64,000 bases of DNA, taken from positions 10,883,587-10,947,586 of the forward strand of contig NC_068986.1 in the NCBI RefSeq assembly GCF_001194135.2. Reading direction: 5' to 3'. A program made the position numbers and the translations under genes. How positions within the stretch are numbered: the first letter of the stretch is position 1; each line of letters opens with the position of its first letter. The notes beneath the pieces were generated by a model. It saw only the letters and a program-made list of their open reading frames with translations. It did no database searches and was not told where the DNA came from. The stretch comes from Octopus bimaculoides. Taxonomy: Eukaryota. Of this stretch, positions 24,740 to 38,196 are shown in pieces.

Positions 24740-25290
24740 AGGTTTCGGCCAGAATAGGCCCAGGCCATGTTTAATTTAACAGCACTACCTGGTTAAGTCT
24801 TTTAATCATATATGGGGTACCATGGCTCACTCTAGCAAAGAGCTATTACTGTTGGAGACATATCCAGGTGTAGGAGGTTGGTCTAGGATTTTTGAAGGAA
24901 TTTGTCCAGTGAACTTTGGAATTTTATGGGATCCGTTTCTGCTTTGACATATTTTGGTATTAAAGAGAGCTGGACCGATTGAGGTAAAGTAGTTGTGACG
25001 TAATGTTGTTAAATGTCTTGGGTTCTATTTTTGTAGTGGGCAGATAGCATGGGGGCCAAGTCTTGGATGGATTTTAAAACTGATGTCAATATCATTTGTA
25101 CAATATTGATGAAATATTTTCCACATCACACAAATGATGTAGTGCTCCCGGCGGTGTTGTAGAGAGTAGAGATTGAGTTTTTTTAGTCGACCCCAAATAG
25201 TCAATGCCTGTCATGCCATCTATCTTTCTTGTGATTGACCTCTGGAGTGCTTCCACTTTCATAATGAGTTGCTTCATATGGGAGAGACCA
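24740..25290 (-). mobile_element. CR1/L2-like LINE 3' fragment
   Basis: VEALQRSITRKIDGMTGIDY; resembles 44860-45330. Confidence 0.65.
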
Positions 25291-25526
25291 CAGTGGGCAA
25301 GAAAAAAAATCAATAGAACTGGGATTGACTCATTCAACTAATAATTCTTCAAGGGGTTGCTCCAGCATGGGCACAGTCTAATGACTGAAACCAGTAAAAG
25401 ATAAAAGTCTTATTGATCTCTGTATCTAATAATTGGTGAAGACTTTGTCACTGAGTGTGTGTGAGAGAGACTGCTTGCTTGGACACAAATAACTTCAAGC
25501 TGTTTGTTCAAACAAACATACATTAA

Positions 25527-25790
25527 CCCTTCCGTTAGCAACCCAGCTGGAACTGGAACGACACCCTTCCGTTAGCAACCCAGCTGGAACTGGAACGACT
25601 CTGGCTCTGAGTACAAATGTCTTGTTTTCATAAGTTTTGAATTAAAATCTTCCACCAAACCTTAGACAGAATTTATGTTCCTAAACACTAGCTGAATGAT
25701 AACTAAGCTATTTTACTAAATTCTTTGTTATATTTAAAATTAATTGAAAGAAACACAGAACATCTCAACAGAAATATGGTAACAAAAGGG
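25527..25790. mobile_element. piggyBac-type MITE, family 1, with 37-bp left-end tandem duplication
   Basis: TTAA-CCCTTCCGTTA ... GTAACAAAAGGG-TTAA; 25526-25562 is repeated exactly at 25563-25599. Confidence 0.8.
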
Positions 25791-25872
25791 TTAAAATATA
25801 TAATAGAGAAACAATTCTTAACCNNNNNNNNNNCAAAAGGGTTAAAATATATAATAGAGAAACAATTCTTAA

Positions 25873-26139
25873 CCCTTTTGATATCAACCCAGCTGAAACT
25901 GGCTCTGGCTCTGAGTACAAATGTCTTGTTTTCATAAGTTCTGAATTAAAATCTTCCACCTTAGTTCTGAATTAAAATCTTCCACCTTAGTTCTGAATTA
26001 AAATCTTCCACCTTAGTCACAATTTAGGTTCCTAACAATAGCCTAAAGATAACTAAGTTATTTTACTAAATTCTTTGTTATATTTAAAGTAATTGAAAGA
26101 AACACAGAACATCTCAAAATAAATATAGTAACGAAAGGG
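25873..26139. mobile_element. piggyBac-type MITE, family 1, second copy
   Basis: TTAA-CCCTTTTGATA ... GTAACGAAAGGG; internal TTAGTTCTGAATTAAAATCTTCCACC subrepeat. Confidence 0.75.
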
Positions 26140-26759
26140 ACCATGCCTGGCCACACACACACACACACACACAAATAACCACACTAACTTATCAAAAGCG
26201 TAATGCACACACCTACACACTGTGTCCCCCACACATACACACACATGCCCTCACCACCATCCCTGTTAAACCAGTCAACCCGAATTGAAATGGTCAGTTA
26301 TCTGCTACCAACTAAACTGAAGACCCAGTTTTCTGTCTTCTATTTCTGTTTCAATCTGGTTGAGAGGCGGAAATACCAATTAAGTGAATCTACAGTTTTT
26401 AAGTTGAAATAAAGAAAGAAAGAAAGAAAGAAGAAAAGCAATAACAACCTGGGCAGCAGTCAGCTCAACACACACACACACACACACACACTTACACACA
26501 CATACTTACACACACATACACAAATATAATTGCACATAAACACAATTATACACACCACACACACACACAGAGTTTGTTAGGAGGGGGGAGGTCCTGTTTG
26601 TTTATATTTATTTTCATTTCTTTATTTTCAGGGATGTTTTTTTTTAGATTTTGTTGGGAAAATGAATTTTTATTGACGAGATGAAAAAGTTGTGACTAAG
26701 AATAAACCAGGAAAAATAACAAAAAAAAAAAAAATTTACAGATGGCGTACTCCTACTCT

Positions 26760-27022
26760 CTAAGCTGGTCTTCCCTTCGTTGAACCAACATGATCAAAAG
26801 GATCCCGTTGGAACCACCCCCTCCGCCCCCCTCTTTCAGTATTTCCTCTAAAACTAGAGTTTTCCAACGGGTGTAATCTTCCCCACTTCCAAGACTGACT
26901 TGAAACAGATGAGGATGTTGGTGGTGGTAGACATGGTGGAGTTGGTGATGGGGGAGGTGACAATGGTGATGATGGTGGTGGTGGCAGCAGCAATGCTAGT
27001 GAAGAAGGTGGTGATGATGATG
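26760..27022 (-). CDS. Candidate terminal exon, Pro/Ser-rich, 87 codons
   Basis: Acceptor TTGTATCATAG (27023-27024), phase compatible with the 34670 donor, open frame to TAG at 26760, AATAAA about 90 nt downstream. The 5' part is low complexity. Confidence 0.35.
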
Positions 27023-27314
27023 CTATGATACAAATTAATAACTTACACAGAGAGAAAATTATAGATTAGGTGTATATCATAAAAAAAAAAGAAAAAAATG
27101 AATTTTTTTTTTTTTAAAGATTTCATTATCAGAAATCAATCACTTTTCTCCGTTTTATTTATTTCACTAATTAATCTGTCCATTTCTTATTTTAGAAATA
27201 GTGAAATCAACCACATCATCACTATCCCGTAAAAATAAATCTTTCAATTATAACCATTCTCTTCAGGTTATCAATGTTACTTGTGAAGCCCTAAATTTAA
27301 AGGTAACCCCCCAA

Positions 27315-27470
27315 GAAGCTTGCTTCTCAACCACATGGCCCCAGGGTCAGTTCCACTGCATAATACCATAAGCAAATCCCTTCTACAATAGCCTCAGACC
27401 AACCAAAGCCTTGTGAGTGGATTTGGTAAACGGAAACTAAAAGAAGCCCGTTGTATATACACACACATGC

Positions 27471-27509
<39 letters not shown>

Positions 27510-27690
27510 TGTGTATGTTTGTCCCCCACCATTGCTTGACAACTGATGTTGGTGTGTTTACATACCCGTAACTTAGCAGTTCGGCAAAAAATACCAATAG
27601 AATAAGTAGCAGGCTTATAAAAAAAAAAGCATGGGGGGGTGGCTCATTTGCCCCAGCATGGCCACAGTGTAATGACAAATAAGTAAAAAA
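27315..27690 (+). mobile_element. SINE family A
   Basis: Centre, (TG)n and tail match other copies. Confidence 0.8.
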
Positions 27691-28239
27691 ATAAGGGCTT
27701 GAAATGGTGACTGAATGCTTTGTTTCATCGGCTGGAAGGATATCTGTAGTTTAGTGAATTAAAACAGCCAACGAATGTATTGGAAAGCTATTTGATGTTA
27801 ATAATCCATGAAAATAAAGTTTTTAAAAAGGGTGAGTGGTAATTGCATGATGTCCAGACAAGGAGACATGCATGCATACACACACCACTAGTGTAACTGG
27901 GGGGATGGTAGGGGCAGTACGCCCCGGGCGTAGGCTATTGCTGTATGTGATTTCTGGGGGGGACTGGGGGTGGCAAACAGAAGGGCCACCCCAGGCAGCA
28001 CACACTCTAGCTACACTAGTGATACAAACATACAATTGATGGGCTTTCAGCAGCTGCCTACCAAATCCACTCACAAGGCTTTGATCAATCTAAGGCTGCA
28101 GTAAAAGACACTTCTGCTACACAGTGGAACTGAACCCAAAATCACTGGGTTGGGAAGCAAACTTCTTAACCACACAGCCATGCCTACCATAAATCCAATT
28201 ATAGTCAGTGCACACAAACAGAATACTGATTTCAGATTT

Positions 28240-28890
28240 TTGGCACAAGGCCAGTAATTACACCCACACCCCAGTACTCAACTGGTACTTATTTTATCAA
28301 CCCCGAAAGGATGAAAGGCAAAGTCAATCTCAGCAGAATTTTAATTCAGAACATCAAGACGGATGAAATGGCACTTAGCATTTTGCCCAGCATGCTCACA
28401 ACCTTACACAAACAAAATATTCTTTTCTACTCTACAAGGCCTGAAATTTTTGGAGAGGGAGCCAGTCAATTACATCACCCCCACCCCTCAGTACACAACT
28501 GGTACTTAATTTATCGACCCCAAAAGAATGGAAATCAAAGTCGATCTCAGCAGAATTTGAACTCAGAACATAAAGGCACACAAAATACCGACAAATATTT
28601 TTCCTGGCACACTAACATTTCTGCCAGCTTGTAACCTTACACAAACAAAATATTCTTCTCTACTCTAGGCACAAGCCTGAAATTTTGGGGAAGGGGTCAG
28701 TCGATTAGATTGACCACAGTACACAACTGGTACTTGATTTATTGACCCCCAAAAGGATGAAAGGCAAAGTCAATGTCGGTGGAATTTGAACTCAGAACAT
28801 AAAGATAGATGAAATATGGCTAAGCATTTCGCCCAGTGTGCTAACGTTTCTGCCAGATCGCCACCTTAACACACAAACAAAATATTGAAA
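28240..28890 (-). mobile_element. Three tandem SINE family B copies with a shared spacer
   Basis: Spacer ACCTTACACAAACAAAATATT at about 28401, 28635 and 28863. Confidence 0.8.
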
Positions 28891-29821
28891 ACATTTGAAT
28901 AATGGTGAGCATATATTAAGGAAAAATTACACGAAGATGAATTTTGTTGTGGAATTGACAACCCAATGAATAGTGCACATCTAAGTCTATATATTGTCAC
29001 AGTTTAATGTTCAGCTTCCATACTGGCATCAGGTGGGTGGTTTGACTGAGTGCAACCAGTCAGAAGACTGTTCCATTGATTGGATCAACTGGAACCTTTA
29101 TCGTCATAACCAATGGAGTTACACACACATACACTATAGGCATGGCTCTAGTTAAGAAGCCTCATTTCCAACCAGGTGATCTGGGGTTCAGTCCCACTGT
29201 ATGGCACCATAGGCAACTGTCTTCTATTGTAGCCCCAAGCCAATCCAAATCTTGCGAGTAGAATTGGTAGATGAAAACTATAAGAACACCATCACATATG
29301 TGTGTGGTTGAGAATCAACAGTCATACCTGTTGATGGGAAGATTGATAAGCATATGTGGGCTGGGCTGGGCTGGGTGGGGTGGGGGAGTATTGTCATCGC
29401 GTTCTAACAGCTACTTTCTCTGCTTGCATGGGTTCAGCTGGAGCTCATGTGGCCAACCCTCACCTGTTACTAAGCGAAATATTTCCCTATGGCTGAACAT
29501 GTTTTACAGGGAAGCTAGGAAACAAGGAGTATTGCTGGTATGATGTTGACTTGTTTTAGAATTAATGCGTAACATAGCAATTAGGAGATATAAACATACA
29601 AACATGCATGCACACACACACACACAAATACATACGACAGATTTCTTTAGATCTGTCTACAGGATCTACTCACAACTAGCAGGCATTTACACAAAACACC
29701 ATGCAATGAAGCTGAACTTGGAACCTTGCATACATAATATACACATAAAATACATGCATGTATGCATACATATATATATATATATGTGTGTGTGTGTGAA
29801 TGCAAAAATATATAAATATGT

Positions 29822-30180
29822 CTCATAAAAGGGTAAAGACCCCCTTCAGTCACGAATGACCATAGGATTGCTCCTAGAAAGTTCCCCTCCAAGGCACAAG
29901 TTCAGGTAAGGTTGTTTATGGCATAAGTCCAGGTAAGCAGTCACCCATGCATACCAGCCTCCTTTCTCCATGCTACTGATATTATCCAAGGGAAAGGCAA
30001 AGGGGCCGATACAGCTTGGCACCAGTGATGTCACAACTCATTTCTACAGCTGAGTGAACTGGAGCAACATGAAATAAAGTGTCTTGCTCAAGAACACAAC
30101 CTACAGTCTGGTCTGGGAATTGAACTCACAGCCCCACGATTGTAAGCCCCATGCTCTAACCACTGAGCTATGTGCCTTCA
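29822..30180 (-). mobile_element. tRNA-derived SINE with CORE-like domain (family E)
   Basis: Minus strand has a tRNA-like head and TGTGTTCTTGAGCAAGACACTTTATTTCA; plus-strand relative at 55485-55700. Confidence 0.65.
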
Positions 30181-30206
30181 GTGTGTGTGTAATAATATGC
30201 ATACAT

Positions 30207-30366
30207 CCAGGTACAGGCATGACAGTGTAGTAAGAAGCTTGCTTCCCAACCATATGGTTCCAGGTTCAGTCCCACTACATGGCATCTTGGGCAAGTGCCT
30301 TCTACTATAGCCTCAGGCTAACCAAAGCTTTGGGAATGGGCTTGGTACATTGAAGGCAAACATATA

Positions 30367-30400
<34 letters not shown>

Positions 30401-30860
30401 NNNNNNNNNNNNNNNNNNNNNNNNNNNNNNNNNNNNNNNNNNNNNNNNNNNNNNNNNNNNNNNNNNNNNNNNNNNNNNNNNNNNNNNNGGGGGGTCGAAA
30501 CTCGGAGTTTTATCATGGCTACTGAATAAGTGTCACATATTTTTACAGATTAATTCCTCTATTTGCATAATATCGAGGTCTCTTACTTTCTTTTGTTGCC
30601 ATTCCTGCCAAATATATTATTTATATATATATATATATATATATGTATGCGTGTTGGTGTTTGTCCCCCACCATTGCTTGACAACCGGTGTTGGTGTGTT
30701 TATGTTCCTGTAACTTAGTGGTTTGACAAAGGCATAAAATGAGTACCAGGTTTTGAAAAAATAATAAGTACAGGAGTCAATTCATTCAACTAAAGTCCTT
30801 CAAGGCAGTGCCCCAGCATGGCCACAATCTAATGACCGAAACAAGTAAAAGATACAGAGT
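30207..30860 (+). mobile_element. SINE family A spanning an assembly gap
   Basis: 5' half at 30207-30350, 3' half at 30640-30860. Confidence 0.65.
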
Positions 30861-33355
30861 GCATTGTGTGTGTGTGTGTGTGTGTATACACACATACACA
30901 TGCATTTATACAAGAATTATATTTATAGATAAATTGTGTTTCTTTTGCCTAGTACAACATGGTTTTTTTTTTCACTCAACAGTCTCAGAAGCCATGCAAA
31001 AACATCATGGATTGGACACAGAACTTCTCTAGTTAACACACAAACGCCTCTGTGTGTGTGTCTGTGTGTGTGTGATAATCTTCAGCAATGGACAGTGACT
31101 CCACTTGAAATATCTTGGGTGGAATCATGAAGAACTACAACTGAATGTACATCATTGATGTCTTCCAATATCTTCACCACTCACCTGCTGTAGTCCAGCC
31201 ATCAGGTATCAATGTTAATCCCTTTTGTGTTAGCTTTAGGTACAATCTTAGAATGCCATCTACTCCGCAACTACTGGTACCACACCAAACCAGTGCACCA
31301 ATATCTCAGTTCCTTGCTAAAAAGTTCAGCTTTTCTCTATAATGAAACTGTTCCTCCTGACTTTGTCTTTCCTTGTGATGTTCAGGTGTTGAAGTGTCAG
31401 GCTACACATGCATTTTCTTTTTTTTTTTTACCCATTTGCACGTGCTTATAACGGCCAGATTACCAATTAGTAAATAAATATAATAAATATAGAAAATCTA
31501 TTACCTAATATGAGGGCATCAGGGCTTTTGTGACACACGGAATTTTGACCAANNNNNNNNNNNNNNNNNNNNNNNNNNNNNNNNNNNNNNNNNNNNNNNN
31601 NNNNNNNNNNNNNNNNNNNNNNNNNNNNNNNNNNNNNNNNNNNNNNNNNNNNNNNNNNNNNNNNNNNNNNNNNNNNNNNNNNNNNNNNNNNNNNNNNNNN
31701 NNNNNNNNNNNNNNNNNNNNNNNNNNNNNNNNNNNNNNNNNNNNNNNNNNNNNNNNNNNNNNNNNNNNNNNNNNNNNNNNNNNNNNNNNNNNNNNNNNNN
31801 NNNNNNNNNNNNNNNNNNNNNNNNNNNNNNNNNNNNNNNNNNNNNNNNNNNNNNNNNNNNNNNNNNNNNNNNNNNNNNNNNNNNNNNNNNNNNNNNNNNN
31901 NNNNNNNNNNNNNNNNNNNNNNNNNNNNNNNNNNNNNNNNNNNNNNNNNNNNNNNNNNNNNNNNNNNNNNNNNNNNNNNNNNNNNNNNNNNNNNNNNNNN
32001 NNNNNNNNNNNNNNNNNNNNNNNNNNNNNNNNNNNNNNNNNNNNNNNNNNNNNNNNNNNNNNNNNNNNNNNNNNNNNNNNNNNNNNNNNNNNNNNNNNNN
32101 NNNNNNNNNNNNNNNNNNNNNNNNNNNNNNNNNNNNNNNNNNNNNNNNNNNNNNNNNNNNNNNNNNNNNNNNNNNNNNNNNNNNNNNNNNNNNNNNNNNN
32201 NNNNNNNNNNNNNNNNNNNNNNNNNNNNNNNNNNNNNNNNNNNNNNNNNNNNNNNNNNNNNNNNNNNNNNNNNNNNNNNNNNNNNNNNNNNNNNNNNNNN
32301 NNNNNNNNNNNNNNNNNNNNNNNNNNNNNNNNNNNNNNNNNNNNNNNNNNNNNNNNNNNNNNNNNNNNNNNNNNNNNNNNNNNNNNNNNNNNNNNNNNNN
32401 NNNNNNNNNNNNNNNNNNNNNNNNNNNNNNNNNNNNNNNNNNNNNNNNNNNNNNNNNNNNNNNNNNNTATATATATATATATATATATACTTTATCTATA
32501 TATATATATATATATATATACTTTATCTATCTATCTATCTATCTATATATATATACACACACACACATACATACATCTGTCTAAATATATGCGCGCACAC
32601 ACAAATTCGTATGTCTACAGGAATGTCTGAGAGTGTTGTTTTTTTTTTATCTCGCGACGGTCACTATGCCAATGACTAGAAAAAACGTCTTGCCTTTTAC
32701 TCCTGTCAGTCACTGGGCAGCGACCATACTGGGGCACTGCCTTGAAGAGTTCCCTAGAATAAATCGACCCCTATGCTTATTTTCAAATCTGGTACTTATT
32801 CTATCGCTTTCTTTGAGCAAACTGCTAAGTTATGGAGGGCATAGCACCGTTTGTCGAGCGGTGGGGAGGTGCAAAGAGAGACACACGACAAGTTTTCTTC
32901 GTTTCCTTCAACCTGGCAATATTATAAGACACTTGCCGTAAAGGGGCTGAACCCAAAACCACGTGGATGCAAAATGAACTTTTTTAACCATACACCGATG
33001 TAGAAGTATCCCCATATATCTATAGTGAATTTACATGAGAGAGGCTTTAAACATCCTACAGACAAACCGATGTGAACAAGTTAAGTCGCTATTTGGAGAA
33101 GATAGGTTATGTCCCAAAGGATTAGCATGAAACCTCCCACAGAAAATCTAACGCAGCTAAAGCGGGTATGCGGTTTGTACCGTGTGTGTGTGTGCTTATA
33201 TGTGCGTGTGACATGCTAGTTAAACTTCGAACATTTGAAATTTTATAAAAGGAAAGCAGATTTTCTTTTGTTGTAAAAAAAAAAACTCAACTCCGGATAC
33301 TGAATATACAAGCCAGGATATTGAATAGATTACATTGGATACACACAAGCACACA

Positions 33356-33389
<34 letters not shown>

Positions 33390-33881
33390 AATACTGATAT
33401 ATTGAAAACCTTGTCCAGCACACATATGCATGTGACAAAGACAGTGAGGGAGTGTTTGTGAGTATATACATACATGTACCTCATACACATACACACAATC
33501 TTTCGTTCCAAACAAATACTAGACAAATTCAGGCCCGATAGTGCATGTAAGTGTGTGCGTAGAAAGCCTCAACCTACGATGACACAAGACAGTAATTAGC
33601 TAAGTGTGATTAAAAATACTTTCCATGACTAGAACTGATTTCGTAACAACACCATGGGCCAATAGCTACCAGAATTATATACTTATATGTATGTTGACCA
33701 TATTTACTCAAAAGGAATAGTTTTTACAAATAAAATATATCTCAAAAATAAAACACCGCCCCGACCACCACATTCAGTAGAGAGACTGCAATGATTAACA
33801 ACTGTAATGTCTTCGGCTGGAGGAAGCAAGACAATATATAGTTTAATGGGGTGAACATTTCGACACGGGTGGATGTTTATG

Positions 33882-33913
<32 letters not shown>

Positions 33914-34195
33914 NNNNNNNNNNTATATATATATATATATATATATATATAAGAATGGTTTTCGTTTAGTTTGTTCCAACAACACAAATGATATGACAAG
34001 GATATATTGTACGATGGCCAAATTATATTGATGTTAGGTGACTATCAGGGTCAGAGAAAGATTGTAGTTGAAACAGGATTTGGTGTTTTCGGTTAGGAAA
34101 AAATATTCATGATATTGGAAGGTGTTAATTACACACACGCACGTACATTGCCACACACACATACACATATGTGTGTGTGTCTATATATATATGTG

Positions 34196-34230
<35 letters not shown>

Positions 34231-34669
34231 TAATATAGACTACGAAGAGTTTAGAACCTCTAAACATTTCCGTTAATTCATTTTAAATCATCTGTTCATA
34301 GCCTGTTTTAACTTCAACCAACGTTTATAACTATACGTTTCGACTTACGGAAGTTTAAAGCAGTTATTGATCTAATAAAGATAAAAAAAAAAGTTGTTTC
34401 TTTTGTCATAAACCCATACACACACGCACGCATCTTGATAAACAAGGCGTTTACATTATTAACACAGACAAGCGTCATTTAATTGGATTAAACAAGAGGT
34501 TCTCATAAAACAAACATGAACACATTCATAAAGCACATACTTCAGAGTAAATGAAATGTAATTATATAAAAACATTTATATTTTATAGATATGTGTGTAG
34601 ATGAGTGTGGATATATGGCAGTGGAATGAAACATTGTTAATGTGTAAGTTGGGTCTAGCTGGTACTTAC

Positions 34670-34763
34670 CTACACCGTACTTCTCTTTGGAGGGTCTCCA
34701 TACATAATTCTCATCTCCCATGTCGCTGCTAGTATTGCTCCATAGATCCGACTGAATGGGAGA
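34670..34763 (-). CDS. Candidate coding exon (SPIQ)SDLWSNTSSDMGDENYVWRPSKEKYGV
   Basis: Perfect donor G/GTAAGT (34664-34669); two in-frame phase-0 acceptors (exon starts 34763 or 34751) after a pyrimidine tract; internal ATG at 34721 in good Kozak context; non-repetitive sequence. Protein not recognised. Confidence 0.6.
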
Positions 34764-35818
34764 CTGGCAAAATGGAAAGCAAGCAGTGAAGGGTAAGCCC
34801 ACGGAAATATATTGTTTCCAAGGATAGCTTTTATGGTTGAGGCAAAAGCTACAATGAACAGATTCTTCCGCTCCCGTCGTTCGAGAAACTCAATGAATGA
34901 AATAAGGAAGGGAAGAAGAAACGGGGGGGGGNNNNNNNNNNNNNNNNNNNNNNNNNNNNNNNNNNNNNNNNNNNNNNNNNNNNNNNNNNNNNNNNNNNNN
35001 NNNNNNNNNNNNNNNNNNNNNNNNNNNNNNNNNNNNNNNNNNNNNNNNNNNNNNNNNNNNNNNNNNNNNNNNNNNNNNNNNNNNNNNNNNNNNNNNNNNN
35101 NNNNNNNNNNNNNNNNNNNNNNNNNNNNNNNNNNNNNNNNNNNNNNNNNNNNNNNNNNNNNNNNNNNNNNNNNNNNNNNNNNNNNNNNNNNNNNNNNNNN
35201 NNNNNNNNNNNNNNNNNNNNNNNNNNNNNNNNNNNNNNNNNNNNNNNNNNNNNNNNNNNNNNNNNNNNNNNNNNNNNNNNNNNNNNNNNNNNNNNNNNNN
35301 NNNNNATATATATATATATATATATATACACGTACGTTTTTTTTATCTTTACATTCCTGTAGTTGAATTAAACCAAAGATTGCAAGATGCCATTTAAAAA
35401 TATATATGCATTTATAATATATATATATATATTTATATAGCCTCTGTAAAAAGCATATCAGCAAATAAGTGTTTTTAAAATGTGTGTATGTATGTGAATG
35501 TGTGTGGGTATATGTCACATCTTCAATAACCCCCCCGAGGTGAGACTTCTAGGAGCTGCCACTATCACAAACTGTATGGCAGGCAGCACCAGTTGCTGCT
35601 GCTGCTACTAACACTGCTGCTGTTGCCGCTGCTGCAACAGCCATACATGTTGACGATCGTATATGTGTGCGTGTGCGTGTGTGATTAGTAGCAACAGAGG
35701 TGTCGAGAGAGAGAAAAAGGGGGTCGAGAAACCAAGTGGTAAACACAAGGACGAACCCCACGGTGCGCGCGTGTGCTTCTGTCTTTGTGGGAAAGAGAAG
35801 CTGGGTCGAATTGGAGGA

Positions 35819-35832
35819 GTCACGTGACGTCA
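35819..35832. promoter_or_regulatory. Overlapping GTCACGTGAC (E-box/CLEAR) and TGACGTCA (CRE) palindromes
   Basis: GTCACGTGACGTCA in a CpG-enriched, non-TE segment about 1.1 kb upstream of the 34721 ATG. Confidence 0.5.
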
Positions 35833-37699
35833 ACTGGTCATCACTTTCACTCCTCTTCCTGCCACTACTCCCACTTCACGTCTCATGCACTTTGACCTTT
35901 CTCTCTCTCTCTCTCTCATACTGCCCCCCTTTCTCTCTCTCTCTGTCTTGCTTTTTATCTTTCTCTTTCATTGTTGTCGTTTCGATGGACACTCGGAACA
36001 AGCTATTAACTTGCTTACGAAGACAATGACAATGTGTGTATATTTATATACTTAATCAGTCATATATGTATATTGTATGCGTGCGTTTATGTACACGCAT
36101 TATATGTATATGTGCCACGGTTAAAAATATGAATATAATATATCTATGCCATGCATTTGGCGTATTTTCAATTTTTTCCCTTCCCTTCATTAGGAAATTT
36201 CCGATTGTAATATATATATTACACACACACACACACATACGTATATATACACACATGCATATATACTCGTACACATCCCTATATACATGCATAATCACAT
36301 GCACGCACGCACACACACACATATGCTCACACTATAAAAGCTCACACGTGTTGATTCATATACGCATACATGAGATATATATTATACACACACACGTGCA
36401 CGTACGCATGCATGCATACATACATACACACCCAATCACATGAATATAGAGGTTTAGAAAACCCCCCTCGTTTCCCAGTCCCTTTATGGTATGTTGATGG
36501 TATGCTCTCAAGCATGCGTCTACCACCATACCCTTGTGTGGAAGACGACCCTACAAATGTATATGATTCACCTAAGTACGTATATTATCTTGTAGGACGT
36601 CACGATGTTAGATTTTCCTGTTTTTTTTTTTTTCCTTAATGCTTATTGTCATCATTTATGTATTCCGACGTCTTGTTGGTGACTCGTCAATCGTTAAAAC
36701 CATCAGCTTCTTTCCTATAACAATATCTTCGATACTACATATATGAATTGATGATTTCTGTTCAATCAGTAATTATGATTTTGCTATTGATAACATTTGG
36801 GCAACTACTGACAAAAATAAACACAAACTAGAACAATTGAAACGCATGCAAACAGTTTAACCCCTTTGCAACTTAAATTTTAAGAATCATAATTCATTAG
36901 GTGGTTGTAATCGCTGCGTTTATTGGCTTCTTTACTCTTCTTTTCATACATGGGTCTGTGTCTGTCTATCTGTCTGTATGTATGATGTATGTATGCACGG
37001 GTGTGTGTGTATATATACATACATACATACATGCATGTAAAGAGAGTGAAAGATACATACATAGAGAGAGGGAGAAAAAACATACAGAGATAGATAGAGA
37101 GAGAAGACCTATATTTATATATACAGAGAGAGAGATAAATACAGATAGAGGGGGGAAAGAGAGAAGTAAATATGGAGAGAGAAATACAGAGAGAGAGAGA
37201 GAGAAGGAAATAGATCGAGAGAAAGAAATAGAGAGAGATGTAGTTGTCCAATAAGTTTTCATAAGTCAGAAAATGAACAGGCATTCGTGTATCAGGAAAT
37301 AGAGTAGGTATATTATTTATACAGTATTATAAATTGAATTTCATAACAGCCAATTTCATGTTACCGAACGGTTTCGTGTTAAGAAGAAAAAAAACTAATT
37401 GTGGGAATGTAATTTCACGATCGGGAACACAAAAAGATTGTTAGTAGACTAAATTTATTTTACTGAATAATAATATTGATAACAACAACAACAATAATAT
37501 ATACACACACACACATACAGAGAGAGAGATTTTTATATATATANNNNNNNNNNNNNNNNNNNNNNNNNNNNNNNNNNNNNNNNNNNNNNNNNNNNNNNNN
37601 NNNNNNNNNNNNNNNNNTATATATAATCGAAAGTGTGCAGTATTATACATCCATCACGGCTGAGCTTGTATATACACGCGCGAGCATGCACACATAGGC

Positions 37700-38160
37700 A
37701 AAGGCGTGGCTGTATGGTAAGAAGTTGGCTTCCCTACCACATGGTTCTAGGTTCAGTTCCAAGGCGCGGAACCTTGGGCAAGTGTCTTCTACTATAGTCC
37801 CGGGCCAGATTTGGTAGACGGAAACTAAAAAAAATCCGTCTTGTGTGTGTGTGACAACCAATATTGGTGTGTTTACAAGGCGGCAAGCAGGCAGAAACAC
37901 GCTAGGCGAAATGCTTAGCGGTATTTCGAATGTCTTTACGTCCTGAGTTCAAATTCCACCGAGGTCGACTTTGCCTTTCATCCTTTCGGGTTCGATAAAT
38001 TACCTACCAGTTGCGTACTGGAGTCGACCTAACCGACTGGTCCCCTCCCCAAAAATTTTTGGCCTTGTGCCAAGAATAGAAAAGGATATTGGTGTGTTTA
38101 AGTCCCCGTAACTTAGCAGCTCGGCAAAAAAGACCGATAGAATAAGTACCAGAATTTACA
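37700..38160 (+). mobile_element. SINE family A interrupted by a family B SINE (37876-38085) with 15-bp TSD
   Basis: ATATTGGTGTGTTTA at 37861-37875 and 38086-38100. Confidence 0.9.
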
Positions 38161-38196
38161 ATAAATAAAAATAAAATGAAGGAAATNNNNNNNNNN

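Noticed and set aside
26741-26851. Plus-strand reading after TTTACAG
   Set aside because: The upstream tract is A-rich rather than pyrimidine-rich; the minus-strand interpretation fits better.
31090-31400. Minus-strand frame with LTLIPDGWTT and a CAG/GTGAGT donor-like site
   Set aside because: DGWT hints at a hAT transposase, but stops intervene and no further motifs, TIRs or good acceptor were found.
35549-35833. Ala-rich or Gln-rich ORFs
   Set aside because: Explained by the CAG/GCT repeat in probable UTR or promoter sequence; no splice support.
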